From the NCBI GenBank assembly GCA_002787155.1, contig PCVY01000028.1, positions 9,478 to 73,477 of the forward strand: a stretch of 64,000 nucleotides of DNA, written 5' to 3'. This document shows positions 19,347 through 29,420 of this stretch, piece after piece. The first letter of the stretch is position 1, and every line of letters begins with the position of its first letter. A program made the translations under genes and the position numbers. A model generated the notes under the pieces. That model was not told where the DNA came from and did no database searches. It was given only the letters and a program-made list of their open reading frames with translations. The DNA is from Candidatus Abzuiibacterium crystallinum (lineage in GTDB: Bacteria; Omnitrophota; Omnitrophia; Omnitrophales; Abzuiibacteriaceae).

Positions 19347-20897
19347 ATGCCAAATACATCACCACCCACAGTAAAGAAAGAACTCTATGGCTGGATAGGC
19401 GTTACTGTGTTCTTACTCGTCAACGCTTGGTTTCTTAATTTCAATGCTTTTCGCGGCTTTAACTTCTTTGATTTCGGATGTTTTATGGATGCGACATGGC
19501 GCATCATGCACGGACAAAAACCATACACGGATTTCATTTTCTTCGTTGGCCCTGTTCATCTTTACATGTGCGCTATCTTCTATCTTCTCTTTGGGTTTGG
19601 TAAATGGGCGGTTTTGGTTCACTTGGTGGCAGTTTCTTCTGCGCTTGTTGCACTCACATACCGTGTTGCCAGAAAATATCTTTCAATTCCCCTAGCTGTT
19701 CTAACATCCGTTTTAACCGGTATTGCCTTTTACTGGCCGGTTTCACACCCTTGGTACGATCAATCGGCACACTTCTGGGGATTGCTGGCGTTTTACGCTT
19801 ATCTGTTTTGGTATCCGTTTGAGCGGAACCGCCAAGCATTCTGGGTGGGGGTTTTAAGCGGGAGCGCCGTGATAATTTCTTTGATGACCAAAACCAATGT
19901 CGGCACTACTTATATTCCCCTCATATTCTTCATGTTTTTGATTTCACCCAATTTTCAAAGAACCGTGCCCGGTTTTTTTGTTGGCGCCTTTTCTGCTTTG
20001 ATTGTTCTGCTCGTCTGTCTTGGAAATCCTGCGGCTTTTTACAATCAAACTTTCCAAACCTTCTCGATTCCCAGTCAAACGATTCAGCGTTTTCTCCCTT
20101 TTGTTTACATCCCTACTTACCTTCTCAATGAATATTGGGTTGGACTTTTAGTCATGCTTTACGCCATTCGATCTCATTGGAAAAAAGTATTTCGTTTACT
20201 GATCCTTTCTTTAGGTGTTTATGCCTTGGCTATCTTTACAACAGTAACAGGCTCCATGAAAACAACCGCAAACATTCCATTATGGGGTCCTTTTATGATG
20301 CTGGTTTTTATTGCAGTGGCGCAAGTGCGCCCGCATTTAACAACCACTCGCCGCCAGATTGAAAACTCGATATGCACTGGACTGTTGGTGATTTTGTCTT
20401 TTCTGTTAATTTGTAACGGTGCACTCAGAGGCTTCGCGCTTGAAGCATGGACCTACGGAAACATTGATCCTTTTGGGACTTACCCCATGAAAACAAAACA
20501 ACTAAAGGGATGGCTGGCCAATCAGAGAACCGGTGAGGCGGTTGATCATTTAGTCGCTTATTTAGATGAATATGCATCTAAAGATGACTCTCTTTTGGTT
20601 TTAACCGACCTGCAAATCCTATATTTACTCACCCATCATCAAAGTTATAAGGGTATTCCTTTTAATTTCGCGGATGGCAAGGTGCCAAGCCCAGGACCTC
20701 AGACTGAACAAGTGCGCCGCTACATTCTGAGCCATCCGCCCGATTGGGTTGTGACGCATCGAAATCCCCTCTATCAATCTTTGGTGTCAAAAATTGTGCT
20801 TCATTTGGGCCTACAGGAATTTCTTGAGAAAGACTACGCTAGCATCACCTGGTTGAATGACTATATCTTGTTAAAAAAGATAAAGGATTCGTTTTAG
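19347..20897 (+). CDS. Multi-TM membrane protein, GT-C-like (paralog 2)
   Basis: MDATWRIMHGQKPYTDF motif; colinear with the upstream paralog. Confidence 0.62.
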   Translation: MPNTSPPTVKKELYGWIGVTVFLLVNAWFLNFNAFRGFNFFDFGCFMDATWRIMHGQKPYTDFIFFVGPVHLYMCAIFYLLFGFGKWAVLVHLVAVSSALVALTYRVARKYLSIPLAVLTSVLTGIAFYWPVSHPWYDQSAHFWGLLAFYAYLFWYPFERNRQAFWVGVLSGSAVIISLMTKTNVGTTYIPLIFFMFLISPNFQRTVPGFFVGAFSALIVLLVCLGNPAAFYNQTFQTFSIPSQTIQRFLPFVYIPTYLLNEYWVGLLVMLYAIRSHWKKVFRLLILSLGVYALAIFTTVTGSMKTTANIPLWGPFMMLVFIAVAQVRPHLTTTRRQIENSICTGLLVILSFLLICNGALRGFALEAWTYGNIDPFGTYPMKTKQLKGWLANQRTGEAVDHLVAYLDEYASKDDSLLVLTDLQILYLLTHHQSYKGIPFNFADGKVPSPGPQTEQVRRYILSHPPDWVVTHRNPLYQSLVSKIVLHLGLQEFLEKDYASITWLNDYILLKKIKDSF

Positions 20898-20899
20898 GT

Positions 20900-20921
20900 G
20901 GCAGCCTTGGCTGCTTTTTTT
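20900..20921 (+). terminator. Possible intrinsic terminator
   Basis: GGCAGC-CTTG-GCTGCT stem-loop followed by a T run, just after the stop at 20897. Confidence 0.5.
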
Positions 20922-21027
20922 GGAAATGTTATACTTGAAAAAGATGGTCTCACATTATAGGGTCAGTGCCTTGCGACCGATAATAAAAGGACTTAAATTC
21001 AGGTAAATAGAATAAAGGATTAAAGCG

Positions 21028-23034
21028 GTGCTCAACACCAGCAAAACAATTCCAAGCAGCGCTGTTCCTATCAAAATTGGCTTGGTACAGATTAATAATA
21101 GTTTTTCCGGCCAGAATTATTTCCCTTATTCGGTTGGTATCATTCAATCGTTTTTGAAAAAGCACGTCAAAAATATCGAACGTTTCCGGTTTTTGCTGCC
21201 AATCTATTGTCGTATTCCGGTTGCCAACGCAGTCAAGCAATTAGAAGGCGCCCATATCATTTTCTTTAGTGCATACGTTTGGAACATCCGGATTTCTTAT
21301 GAAATTGCTAAACAAATTAAAACATCACACCCAGAAACCATCATCGTCTTTGGAGGACCGCAAGTACCCGACCGCGTTGAATCGTTTGCGCGCGAACATC
21401 CCTGCATTGATGTCTGCTGTCATGGTGAAGGAGAACAGGTAGCCAAAGCTATACTAGAAAAAGGAATCTACGGAAAATGGGAAGAAGTGCCTGCGATCAG
21501 TTTTATAGATCAAAATGATCAATTGGTCCAGACGCCCCGTCCGGAACGGATTCGGGATATGACACTGATTCCCTCACCTTACCTCGATGGCACTTTTGAA
21601 CCCTTGATAAAAGCCTACCCGAAGGAAAATTGGATTGTTATGTGGGAAACAAACCGAGGCTGCCCGTTTTCTTGTACCTTTTGCGACTGGGGATCTGCGA
21701 TTCAAAGCAAAGTCTTTCAATTTGATCTAGACCGGATATGCCGAGAAATTGATTGGTTTGTGAAACATAAAATACAATTCATCTTTTGCGCGGATGCCAA
21801 CTTCGGGATTTTGCCTCGGGATCTGGAAATTACACGCCATTTGGCTGACGCTAAGAAAAAAACAGGGTATCCGCAAGCTATGTCCGTGCAAAACACAAAG
21901 AATGCAACGGAGCGCGCTTATCAGGTCCAAAAAACACTCGCAGAGGCAGGTTTAAATAAAGGCGTAACGGTTTCCCTGCAGTCAGTGGATGATGTTACTT
22001 TAAAAAGCATTAAACGCAGCAACATTTCGACTAACTCATTTCAAGAATTGCAAAGGCGTTTCACCAAGGACAGGATAGAAACATACTCCGACATCATATT
22101 GGGTCTACCGGGTGAGACATACCATTCTTTTGCCGATGGCATTTCTTCGGTCATTGAAAATGGCCAACATAACCGCATCCAATTTAACAATTTGTCTATC
22201 TTGCCGAATGCTGAAATGGGAGATCCGGCTTACCAGAAAAAATACGGCATGGAGACTGTTGAATCAAAAGTGGTTAACATCCATGGGTCACTCGTGGAAT
22301 CAGAGGATAACATTTATGAAACACAAGAACTCGTCATTGCAACCAAATCAATGCCGCGGGAAGACTGGGTTAAGACAAGGGCCTTTTCTTGGATGACATC
22401 GCTCCTTCACTTTGACAAAATTTTTCAGATACCTCTTCTAGTTATTCACAAACTTGGCGCAGTTAAGTTTCGCGATCTAATCGAAATTTTCATAGAAAGT
22501 GACTTAACCCAATATCCTACCTTATCAGAAATCCGTGAATTCTTTTTCGAAAAAGCGCGCGACATTCAAAATGGCGGTGCCGAATTTTGTCGTGCTGAGA
22601 ACTGGCTCAATATCTGGTGGCCGGCTGATGAGTATATTTTTATAAAGTTGTCCGTGGAGCAAAAACTAGATTTGTTTTATCGTGAAGCGCAAAGCATTCT
22701 TGAAAGGTTTTTAAAGCAAAAATCAATCAAACTTCCTGACAATATATTAACGGATGCGGTGCTGCTTAATCAAAGTTTAATCAAACAACCCTTTCAAACC
22801 AAAAACATTAAGATTCAACTTCACTATAATCTTTTTGAATATTATCAGGCAGCTCGCCAAAGCGAAATGGTTAACTTGGAGGATAAACCGGTTACGCACT
22901 TAGTTGACCGAACCACCCAACAATGGCATTCATGGGAAGAATGGTACGAAAAAGTTGTTTGGTTTGGCAATAAAAAAGGCGCTTACTTATATACCAACAC
23001 GCCCACTGATATTGAACTCGCCGGTCACTTTTAA
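21028..23034 (+). CDS. Cobalamin-binding radical SAM protein
   Basis: N-terminal B12-binding region (SAYVWN, GGPQ, GEGE) and the CxxxCxxC motif RGCPFSCTFCDW. Confidence 0.88.
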   Translation: MLNTSKTIPSSAVPIKIGLVQINNSFSGQNYFPYSVGIIQSFLKKHVKNIERFRFLLPIYCRIPVANAVKQLEGAHIIFFSAYVWNIRISYEIAKQIKTSHPETIIVFGGPQVPDRVESFAREHPCIDVCCHGEGEQVAKAILEKGIYGKWEEVPAISFIDQNDQLVQTPRPERIRDMTLIPSPYLDGTFEPLIKAYPKENWIVMWETNRGCPFSCTFCDWGSAIQSKVFQFDLDRICREIDWFVKHKIQFIFCADANFGILPRDLEITRHLADAKKKTGYPQAMSVQNTKNATERAYQVQKTLAEAGLNKGVTVSLQSVDDVTLKSIKRSNISTNSFQELQRRFTKDRIETYSDIILGLPGETYHSFADGISSVIENGQHNRIQFNNLSILPNAEMGDPAYQKKYGMETVESKVVNIHGSLVESEDNIYETQELVIATKSMPREDWVKTRAFSWMTSLLHFDKIFQIPLLVIHKLGAVKFRDLIEIFIESDLTQYPTLSEIREFFFEKARDIQNGGAEFCRAENWLNIWWPADEYIFIKLSVEQKLDLFYREAQSILERFLKQKSIKLPDNILTDAVLLNQSLIKQPFQTKNIKIQLHYNLFEYYQAARQSEMVNLEDKPVTHLVDRTTQQWHSWEEWYEKVVWFGNKKGAYLYTNTPTDIELAGHF

Positions 23035-23048
23035 CGCGTGGCCGCCGC

Positions 23049-23384
23049 CTACTGATTCGCCTTCATTTGATTTGCGATGCGGCCCATTTGTGCCAAAGTT
23101 TCAAAACGACGTCTCGTTTCTTCCGGATCGTCTGAAATCATTTGTTTAAAAAACTCGGAATCCATCGATTGAATCATGGCAATTGTTTCGGGCGTTGGCA
23201 AATCACTTGCTGCTCCCCCGGCACTCATGGCAGCCTGATTGGCCTGATAGGTTGATTGTTTAACCGGCATGGCTTTTTTTGTTTGTTGTGGTGTTTCATC
23301 TTGACGATCCCACCATGCTCCTGTGAATAAAAAGAAAATCGCGACAATTGTTAGCATTCTTCCCATGGCTAAATCCTTTCCCAA
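23049..23384 (-). CDS. Hypothetical secreted protein
   Basis: N-terminal hydrophobic signal-like segment; fills the gap between genes; no recognisable domain. Confidence 0.55.
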   Translation of the reverse strand: MGKDLAMGRMLTIVAIFFLFTGAWWDRQDETPQQTKKAMPVKQSTYQANQAAMSAGGAASDLPTPETIAMIQSMDSEFFKQMISDDPEETRRRFETLAQMGRIANQMKANQ

Positions 23385-23473
23385 TTAGATTGTTGGTTCA
23401 CTTAGCATTGAAAACACTTAAGCATTTACTAGCAACAAACGATGATATTCTATAGAATAGAGGCGTTTTTTCA

Positions 23474-23941
23474 ATGACTATTTGTGACTATATTAAAGGA
23501 TGCCATATGATCATACGATGGTCTAAACGGCTGCTGACAATTATATTTTTTTTATATATCACCGGCATCGTCTGTTTAAATTTCAAACCGCTCACCCTCA
23601 CAACTCACCCGGTTCTTCTGAAGTCACTTATTTTAGGACAAAACAAAGGTTATATCCTACCCGGATCTGAATTTGAAATCTTTCGTCCTTACTTACCAAG
23701 AAACGGCCGATTTAGCGTTATTTTTGATGAGCCTTTCGCTCAAAACAAATCAATCCAACACCGATTGTGGAATGCACAAAACTACCTTTGTCCGCTCATC
23801 CTTAACCATGACCCTGCTGAGGAATTGGCGCTTGTTCTCTGTTCAGATGAATCAAGCGCCTCCAAACGCTTAAACGCCACTCATTACACCTGGCTTAAAC
23901 AAATCAATCCGGGTGCCGGCATTGCCAGGAAGCAAGTATGA
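23474..23941 (+). CDS. Hypothetical membrane-anchored protein
   Basis: One N-terminal TM; ATGA overlap with the next gene. Confidence 0.6.
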   Translation: MTICDYIKGCHMIIRWSKRLLTIIFFLYITGIVCLNFKPLTLTTHPVLLKSLILGQNKGYILPGSEFEIFRPYLPRNGRFSVIFDEPFAQNKSIQHRLWNAQNYLCPLILNHDPAEELALVLCSDESSASKRLNATHYTWLKQINPGAGIARKQV

Positions 23942-25398
23942 TGCTCGTTGGCGCTATTTTAATACCCTGGCTAATTGGATTTTTAATTTTAAAACGCCTC
24001 ACAAAACACACCGCCCTATTAAATCCCTTTGGTTTAGCGTTAGCAATCGGCCCTGCTGTTGGATTGGCAATCATCTCCCTAATCCTTTTTGTCTCATTAC
24101 TCCTCACAAATGGTAAAGGCATTATCGTGTCAAACCTTGTCATAGGGCTTTTATTTGCTCTTCTAGTTTGGTTGGAACTTAAAGAGGTGCCCTGGATTGG
24201 AATGCCGTCAAAGTCCGCTAAATATTTTCAGGAAAAAATGCAACAACTCATTAAACCTTTTTCTTCAAAACAACCATCACGTATTGTTTTTTTCCTCTTC
24301 ACGATCGCTGCTTTTGGTTTATTGATTGCAACACTTGTTTATTATCTTCGTTACTATATTTCATACTGTTCATGGAATATATTTGGCGGTTGGGACGCTC
24401 AATATTTATGGAACTACAAGGCGCGCTTTCTAAGCCGTGATCCTCTTTACTGGCGGAACATGTTTTCTCCTGTTATGGCGCAATGGCTTCTACCGGATTA
24501 TCCGCTCCTGCTGCCCGGTTCGGTTGCTTGGGGTTGGAACTTCACGGCCCATGAAATGCTGATATGGCCGGCGGTGATATCGCTTCTTTTCTTCCTCTCG
24601 CTTTGTTTTCTCGTCATTTGGTATCTGTTTGCGTACGTCTCTGCCTTTTCTGCTTTTGTGGCCGGAAGTTTTCTGTTAACAGTCCACGCTTATCAATTTT
24701 GGTCTACAACCCAATATGCCGACATCCCGTTTGCTTTATTTGTTACTGCAGCGACGCTTCTTCTCATATGTGCGCTCCGTCACCGGGAACTTAAACTATT
24801 TTTTTTAACCGGATTTTTAACTGGCTGTGCTATTTGGACAAAAAACGAGGGCATATTCTTTTCCTTGTGGCTTTTTACTTTTTTCATTCTCACTTTTTCT
24901 CGCGCATCACAAATACCCGCATCAAAAAAGAAGAGTGCTTTTCTCCTTTTTCTGTTGGGATATCTGATTCCCTTTTTGTGCTTCTTGATCATTAAGACAA
25001 CATTGGGAGGAGCCGGCATTTATATGGGCTCGGGCCGTAGCGCCGCTGATTATGGGCATTTGATAACCAACCTTAACCGGACTAAATTGATTGTTATTTC
25101 TTTCTTAGTGCTCAAATGGAACTCCGCTCAATGGCTTGGTCTTTGGGCGTGCTTTTATTTGGCATTCTTGGCCGTAGGAAGAAGATTGTTCCAGGCATAC
25201 CGCTGGATCATACCCGGTATGGTTTTTTGTTTAGAAGCAGGGTATTTCCTTGTCTATCAAATTACACCCATCGAATTGCCGTTTCATATCAGTACTTCAT
25301 TACTTCGTCTCTTACTTCATAGCGGCGTTTTAGCGCTTATTTTTATTTTTGAAGTCTTTAATCCCAAAGACTGCTTCGCGATTAAATACACGAAATGA
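23938..25398 (+). CDS. Multi-TM protein, probable GT-C glycosyltransferase
   Basis: GWDA..W..KAR, DYP, YADIP and WTKNEG motifs. Confidence 0.65.
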   Translation: MMLVGAILIPWLIGFLILKRLTKHTALLNPFGLALAIGPAVGLAIISLILFVSLLLTNGKGIIVSNLVIGLLFALLVWLELKEVPWIGMPSKSAKYFQEKMQQLIKPFSSKQPSRIVFFLFTIAAFGLLIATLVYYLRYYISYCSWNIFGGWDAQYLWNYKARFLSRDPLYWRNMFSPVMAQWLLPDYPLLLPGSVAWGWNFTAHEMLIWPAVISLLFFLSLCFLVIWYLFAYVSAFSAFVAGSFLLTVHAYQFWSTTQYADIPFALFVTAATLLLICALRHRELKLFFLTGFLTGCAIWTKNEGIFFSLWLFTFFILTFSRASQIPASKKKSAFLLFLLGYLIPFLCFLIIKTTLGGAGIYMGSGRSAADYGHLITNLNRTKLIVISFLVLKWNSAQWLGLWACFYLAFLAVGRRLFQAYRWIIPGMVFCLEAGYFLVYQITPIELPFHISTSLLRLLLHSGVLALIFIFEVFNPKDCFAIKYTK

Positions 25399-26195
25399 CC
25401 GAAGAATTAAAGCAGCAAATCAGATTGTTTTGGGATCGCTATCCATGTGCTGCTGATCGATCTAATCAGGAACGTTATTCAAAAACTTATTTCGAAGAAT
25501 TAGCTCAAAAAAGATACCTCATTGAACCAGAAATTATCTCCTTCGCCCAATTTGATCACTATCGCGGTAGAGACGTCCTGGAGGTTGGTGTTGGTCCTGG
25601 GCACGATTTCAGGCAATGGGTAGCAGCCGGTGCCAATGCCTATGGCATTGACTTCTCATCTGAAGCCATTCATCACACCACCGCTTATCTGCAGCACTTT
25701 GGGTTAAACGCCAAGGAAATAAAAATAGGAGATGCAGAGAATCTCCCCTATCCGGCAGACCGATTCGATTTGGTTTACAGCTGGGGCGTCCTTCATCACA
25801 CGCCTGATACTCAAAAAGCATTGAGTGAAATAGTGCGTGTTTGTCAGCCTGGCGGTATTTGCAAAGTGATGTTTTATCACCGCAACTCTCTTTATGCGTT
25901 TTATCTGTGGCTAAAATACGCTCTATTGAAAGGCCGCCCTTGGCAATCGTTCGGCTGGTGCATCGGTCATTTTCTTGAAAGCCCGGGCACACAAGCTTTT
26001 TCTGTGACCGAAGTGAGAAAAATGCTAAACCGCTTACCTGTCCAAATAATTAAAATATCACCTACACTCACCTATTATGATCTTCTTAAGAATCGCTCCG
26101 CACCCATTCGGGCATTCGCTTGGCTACTCTCGTTTTTGCTGGGCGGGAATCGTGTCGGTTGGTTTATGCTAATCGAGTTTCAAAAGAAAAACTAA
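25395..26195 (+). CDS. Class I SAM-dependent methyltransferase
   Basis: VLEVGVGPG, GDAENLP and FDLVYSWGVLHH motifs. Confidence 0.9.
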   Translation: MTEELKQQIRLFWDRYPCAADRSNQERYSKTYFEELAQKRYLIEPEIISFAQFDHYRGRDVLEVGVGPGHDFRQWVAAGANAYGIDFSSEAIHHTTAYLQHFGLNAKEIKIGDAENLPYPADRFDLVYSWGVLHHTPDTQKALSEIVRVCQPGGICKVMFYHRNSLYAFYLWLKYALLKGRPWQSFGWCIGHFLESPGTQAFSVTEVRKMLNRLPVQIIKISPTLTYYDLLKNRSAPIRAFAWLLSFLLGGNRVGWFMLIEFQKKN

Positions 26196-27433
26196 TGTGG
26201 TATTTTATTTAAAATTGAGCGGTATAAATCCATAAATCGGTTTAACTGGGTAGTCTGTGAGAACTCAGATTTTATTTGATTGCGACACTTCGTTGCCATT
26301 TGATATCGTGCGCTGTTCTGGCTTGCCAATGTTAAAATTCCCTTTGCCAAAGCTGTGACGTCCATAACAGGCACAACATAGCCGGTTTCCCCATGTTTAA
26401 CAACCTCGGCGATACCTCCCGAATCAAAAGCTACGACCGGCGTCCCGCATGCCATACTTTCTAAAACTGCATTCGGTAAATTATCGGCTAAAGTGGGTAA
26501 TGCAAAAATATCGGCAGCTGAATAAATCAACGCCATTTGCCGCGGATCGTCGATATGCTCCATGGTAATTGTATGACACGGCAAATCTTTCTTTTGCCGT
26601 TTTGCACCATTGCCCACCACCATTAGCGTCAGATGACTAAGTTCGTTTTGCTCAAAACTTTCCAATGCTTTGATGAGATATGAGAAACCTTTTCTCTTTT
26701 CATGAATAAAATGAGCGCTAAACAAAATAATTTTCTGGTCCGCCGCGTTGATGCCAAGCTTCCGCCGAGCTTCTAACTTATCAATTGCTTGAAAAGTTTC
26801 TATATCAATCCCGTTGGGAATCGTGCATGATTCAAAATGGCTTAATAAAGGGCTTTGCTTCACCTTTTCATGCATCCAACGGCTCGGTGTCACAATAATC
26901 ATCTTTGATTTGGCATAGACTTCTTTTTTAAGACGCCAATGCAAGGCAGAGGTATCAAAATAAAGAGGCGGAAAAGCTGAGAGGTGCGGACAAGCGCCGC
27001 AACCCGTTTTCCAGCGTTCGCATTCGTAAGAATAACCGCAATGTCCGGTAAAAGACCACATGTCTGATAGACGCCAAACAACCGGTTTAAGATGCGACAA
27101 GGACGGCAGTGCACGATAACTAAAATAACTGCCGTGAATATTAAATAATTGAATAATATCTGCCTCCTTTACCCAAGGGTGGTCTTTGAGTTGAAATGAG
27201 GACGGGCAATAGAGATATTGCAAACTTAAATGGTCACATACAAAATGGCATGCACGGTCGATCCACCAACGGTATCCAGAGACAATGGGCTGCACGTCGG
27301 GGTCATGCGTTCTTTTGATGCGCACCAACATTCGGGAATCAACACCGTGAGATTTCAAACCCGTGTGGATCACAAGCCCTGATCGCGCGGCCCCGCCCGT
27401 CAAATCATTTTCATTAATGTGCAAAATTCGCAT
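26192..27433 (-). CDS. GT4 glycosyltransferase (WcaC-like)
   Basis: GGAAR, DMWSFTGHC and DNLPNAVLESMACGTPVV motifs. Confidence 0.88.
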   Translation of the reverse strand: MRILHINENDLTGGAARSGLVIHTGLKSHGVDSRMLVRIKRTHDPDVQPIVSGYRWWIDRACHFVCDHLSLQYLYCPSSFQLKDHPWVKEADIIQLFNIHGSYFSYRALPSLSHLKPVVWRLSDMWSFTGHCGYSYECERWKTGCGACPHLSAFPPLYFDTSALHWRLKKEVYAKSKMIIVTPSRWMHEKVKQSPLLSHFESCTIPNGIDIETFQAIDKLEARRKLGINAADQKIILFSAHFIHEKRKGFSYLIKALESFEQNELSHLTLMVVGNGAKRQKKDLPCHTITMEHIDDPRQMALIYSAADIFALPTLADNLPNAVLESMACGTPVVAFDSGGIAEVVKHGETGYVVPVMDVTALAKGILTLASQNSARYQMATKCRNQIKSEFSQTTQLNRFMDLYRSILNKIPH

Positions 27434-27439
27434 GAAGTA

Positions 27440-29395
27440 CTACCCGCTTAACTCTTTGACTGAAAAAGTTGGATAACCAACCGCTTGATTCTCAATGTAG
27501 ATCATATGCCACAACTGAAACATCACCATCGACCAAATTTGCCATGTGTAATCAGCTTTTCCTTCCAAATGTGGCTTAACAAATTGCTGATAAAAAGCGG
27601 GTTGGAATATATTTTGACGACCTAGTCGTTCGGGATTCGTTAATCGTTCCGCCAGAGGCTTAAGTCGTGTTCGGAGCCAAAGTCCGATGGGAATGACAAA
27701 GCCTCGTTTATGAGCCCCGCAAATCTCCGTCGGTAAAACATGGGCTAGCGATTTCTTAAGTAAATATTTAAGATTGGTTGATTGGGTTCTTTGGTGAGGC
27801 GGAATAGACATCACCAACTCGACAAACTCATGATCTAAATAAGGAACTCTCGCCTCGAGCGAGTGCGCCATTGACAAACGATCCGTCATCAATAAAAACT
27901 CATCAGCCAATTGGGTTTTAAAATCGAGTGCTGCAATTTGATTACGAAAGGACGGTGAATCATTTTGATCAAAAATGGTTTGCAATGCCTGGCGTGTATT
28001 AAAACCTGCTACGCCTTTGTCTTGAAAGATACTTCTTTGCTTCATTTCTTCGGTGGCATAGTATAACGGCGTGACGTAGTAACGACTCAGCGCTCCGTAA
28101 CCAAAATCAAGCCACTCTTCCGCTTTTTTCTTCAAGCGCTGACGAAACCGATTCTCCCGCAACAAATCCAGCATGCTAAGAACCGGCGCTCGTAGTCCGC
28201 TCAGTAACCCGACTGATTGAAGTGGGGACTTCATGAAAGGTGCAAGACAGCTTTGCTCAAAACGTCTGAACTTCCCGTAATTACCAAACAACTCATCACC
28301 GCCGGTACCGCTAATCCCAACCTTGACCGTTTTACTCATGAACCGAAATACGTACCAGGATGGTAAGCCGCCGCCATAAGGCTCATCCAATGCGTAAACC
28401 ATCTGCACGAGATCTTCCAAGAGTTCATCGCTGCTCAAGGTGAGTTCATGATGCTCCGTCGACCAACGTTCAGCAACTACCTTTGCAAGCGGCAACTCGT
28501 TCCAAACTTCCTCTCGTTCACCCTTAAAGCCTAGTGAGTAAGTTTTAACAGGGCCCGTTGAAACTTCAGCCGCCAGTCCGACCAATCCCGAAGAATCAAT
28601 ACCGCCGGAAAGCGAAAAACCAACTGGGACATCACTGATTAATCGCCTTTTAACTGCCTGTGTGAGTTTGTCTCGAATACGCCCCGACCATTCCTCGGCG
28701 GTCCATTGAGTTTGATTTTTAAAATCAAGCGACCAATACGACTGCGTTTGAAACTGTTTCTCTTCAAGATCGTAAGTAAAAAAATGTCCCGGCAGTAATC
28801 TTTTAACTTTCTGAATGATGGATGACTCGCCCGGGACATATAACAATGTAAAATAATGGTAAAGACTTTCGGTATCGATTTCCCTCTCAACACAAGGCAG
28901 AGTTAAAATTGCTTTTAATTCAGAAGCAAAAATAAAACGTTCCGGCTGTTCTAAATAGTAGAACGGCTTAATGCCTATACGGTCTCGAGCGCCAAATAAG
29001 GCATTCTTTCGTTTATCAAAAATCACAAAAGCAAACATGCCATTGAGCTCTTTCAGCATCTGCGGACCTTGATCAGCATATGCGTGCAGCAAAACTTCGG
29101 TATCTGAATGAGAAGTCCGAAATTCAAACCCCTTCGACATCAGGCGTTTTCTGATTTCGCCAGCATTGTAGATTTCCCCGTTAAAAACAATCCAAAGCGT
29201 TTCATCCAGATTACCCATCGGTTGATGCCCGCCTTTGACATCGATCACACTTAACCGGCTCATGCCTAAAGCCAATTGAGATGACGGGTGATGAAACTCG
29301 CCTGTGTCATCCGGGCCGCGGTGCCGCATCGATTCATACATACGCGCCACCCAGCCTTCCTTTTGACGTCCTGCAATGCCTGCAATTCCACACAT
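27440..29395 (-). CDS. asnB: Asparagine synthase (glutamine-hydrolysing) family amidotransferase
   Basis: MCGIAG, HRGPD, SGGIDSS, GTGGDELFG and EARVPYLD motifs. Context points to amidation of a glycan uronic acid. Confidence 0.92.
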   Translation of the reverse strand: MCGIAGIAGRQKEGWVARMYESMRHRGPDDTGEFHHPSSQLALGMSRLSVIDVKGGHQPMGNLDETLWIVFNGEIYNAGEIRKRLMSKGFEFRTSHSDTEVLLHAYADQGPQMLKELNGMFAFVIFDKRKNALFGARDRIGIKPFYYLEQPERFIFASELKAILTLPCVEREIDTESLYHYFTLLYVPGESSIIQKVKRLLPGHFFTYDLEEKQFQTQSYWSLDFKNQTQWTAEEWSGRIRDKLTQAVKRRLISDVPVGFSLSGGIDSSGLVGLAAEVSTGPVKTYSLGFKGEREEVWNELPLAKVVAERWSTEHHELTLSSDELLEDLVQMVYALDEPYGGGLPSWYVFRFMSKTVKVGISGTGGDELFGNYGKFRRFEQSCLAPFMKSPLQSVGLLSGLRAPVLSMLDLLRENRFRQRLKKKAEEWLDFGYGALSRYYVTPLYYATEEMKQRSIFQDKGVAGFNTRQALQTIFDQNDSPSFRNQIAALDFKTQLADEFLLMTDRLSMAHSLEARVPYLDHEFVELVMSIPPHQRTQSTNLKYLLKKSLAHVLPTEICGAHKRGFVIPIGLWLRTRLKPLAERLTNPERLGRQNIFQPAFYQQFVKPHLEGKADYTWQIWSMVMFQLWHMIYIENQAVGYPTFSVKELSG

Positions 29396-29420
29396 AACCT
29401 ATAACTCCGTGCTAGATAAT

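Noticed and set aside
27440-29395. asnB as an amino-acid biosynthesis gene
   Set aside because: Its position among glycosyltransferases fits the glycan amidotransferase role (WbpS-like) better.
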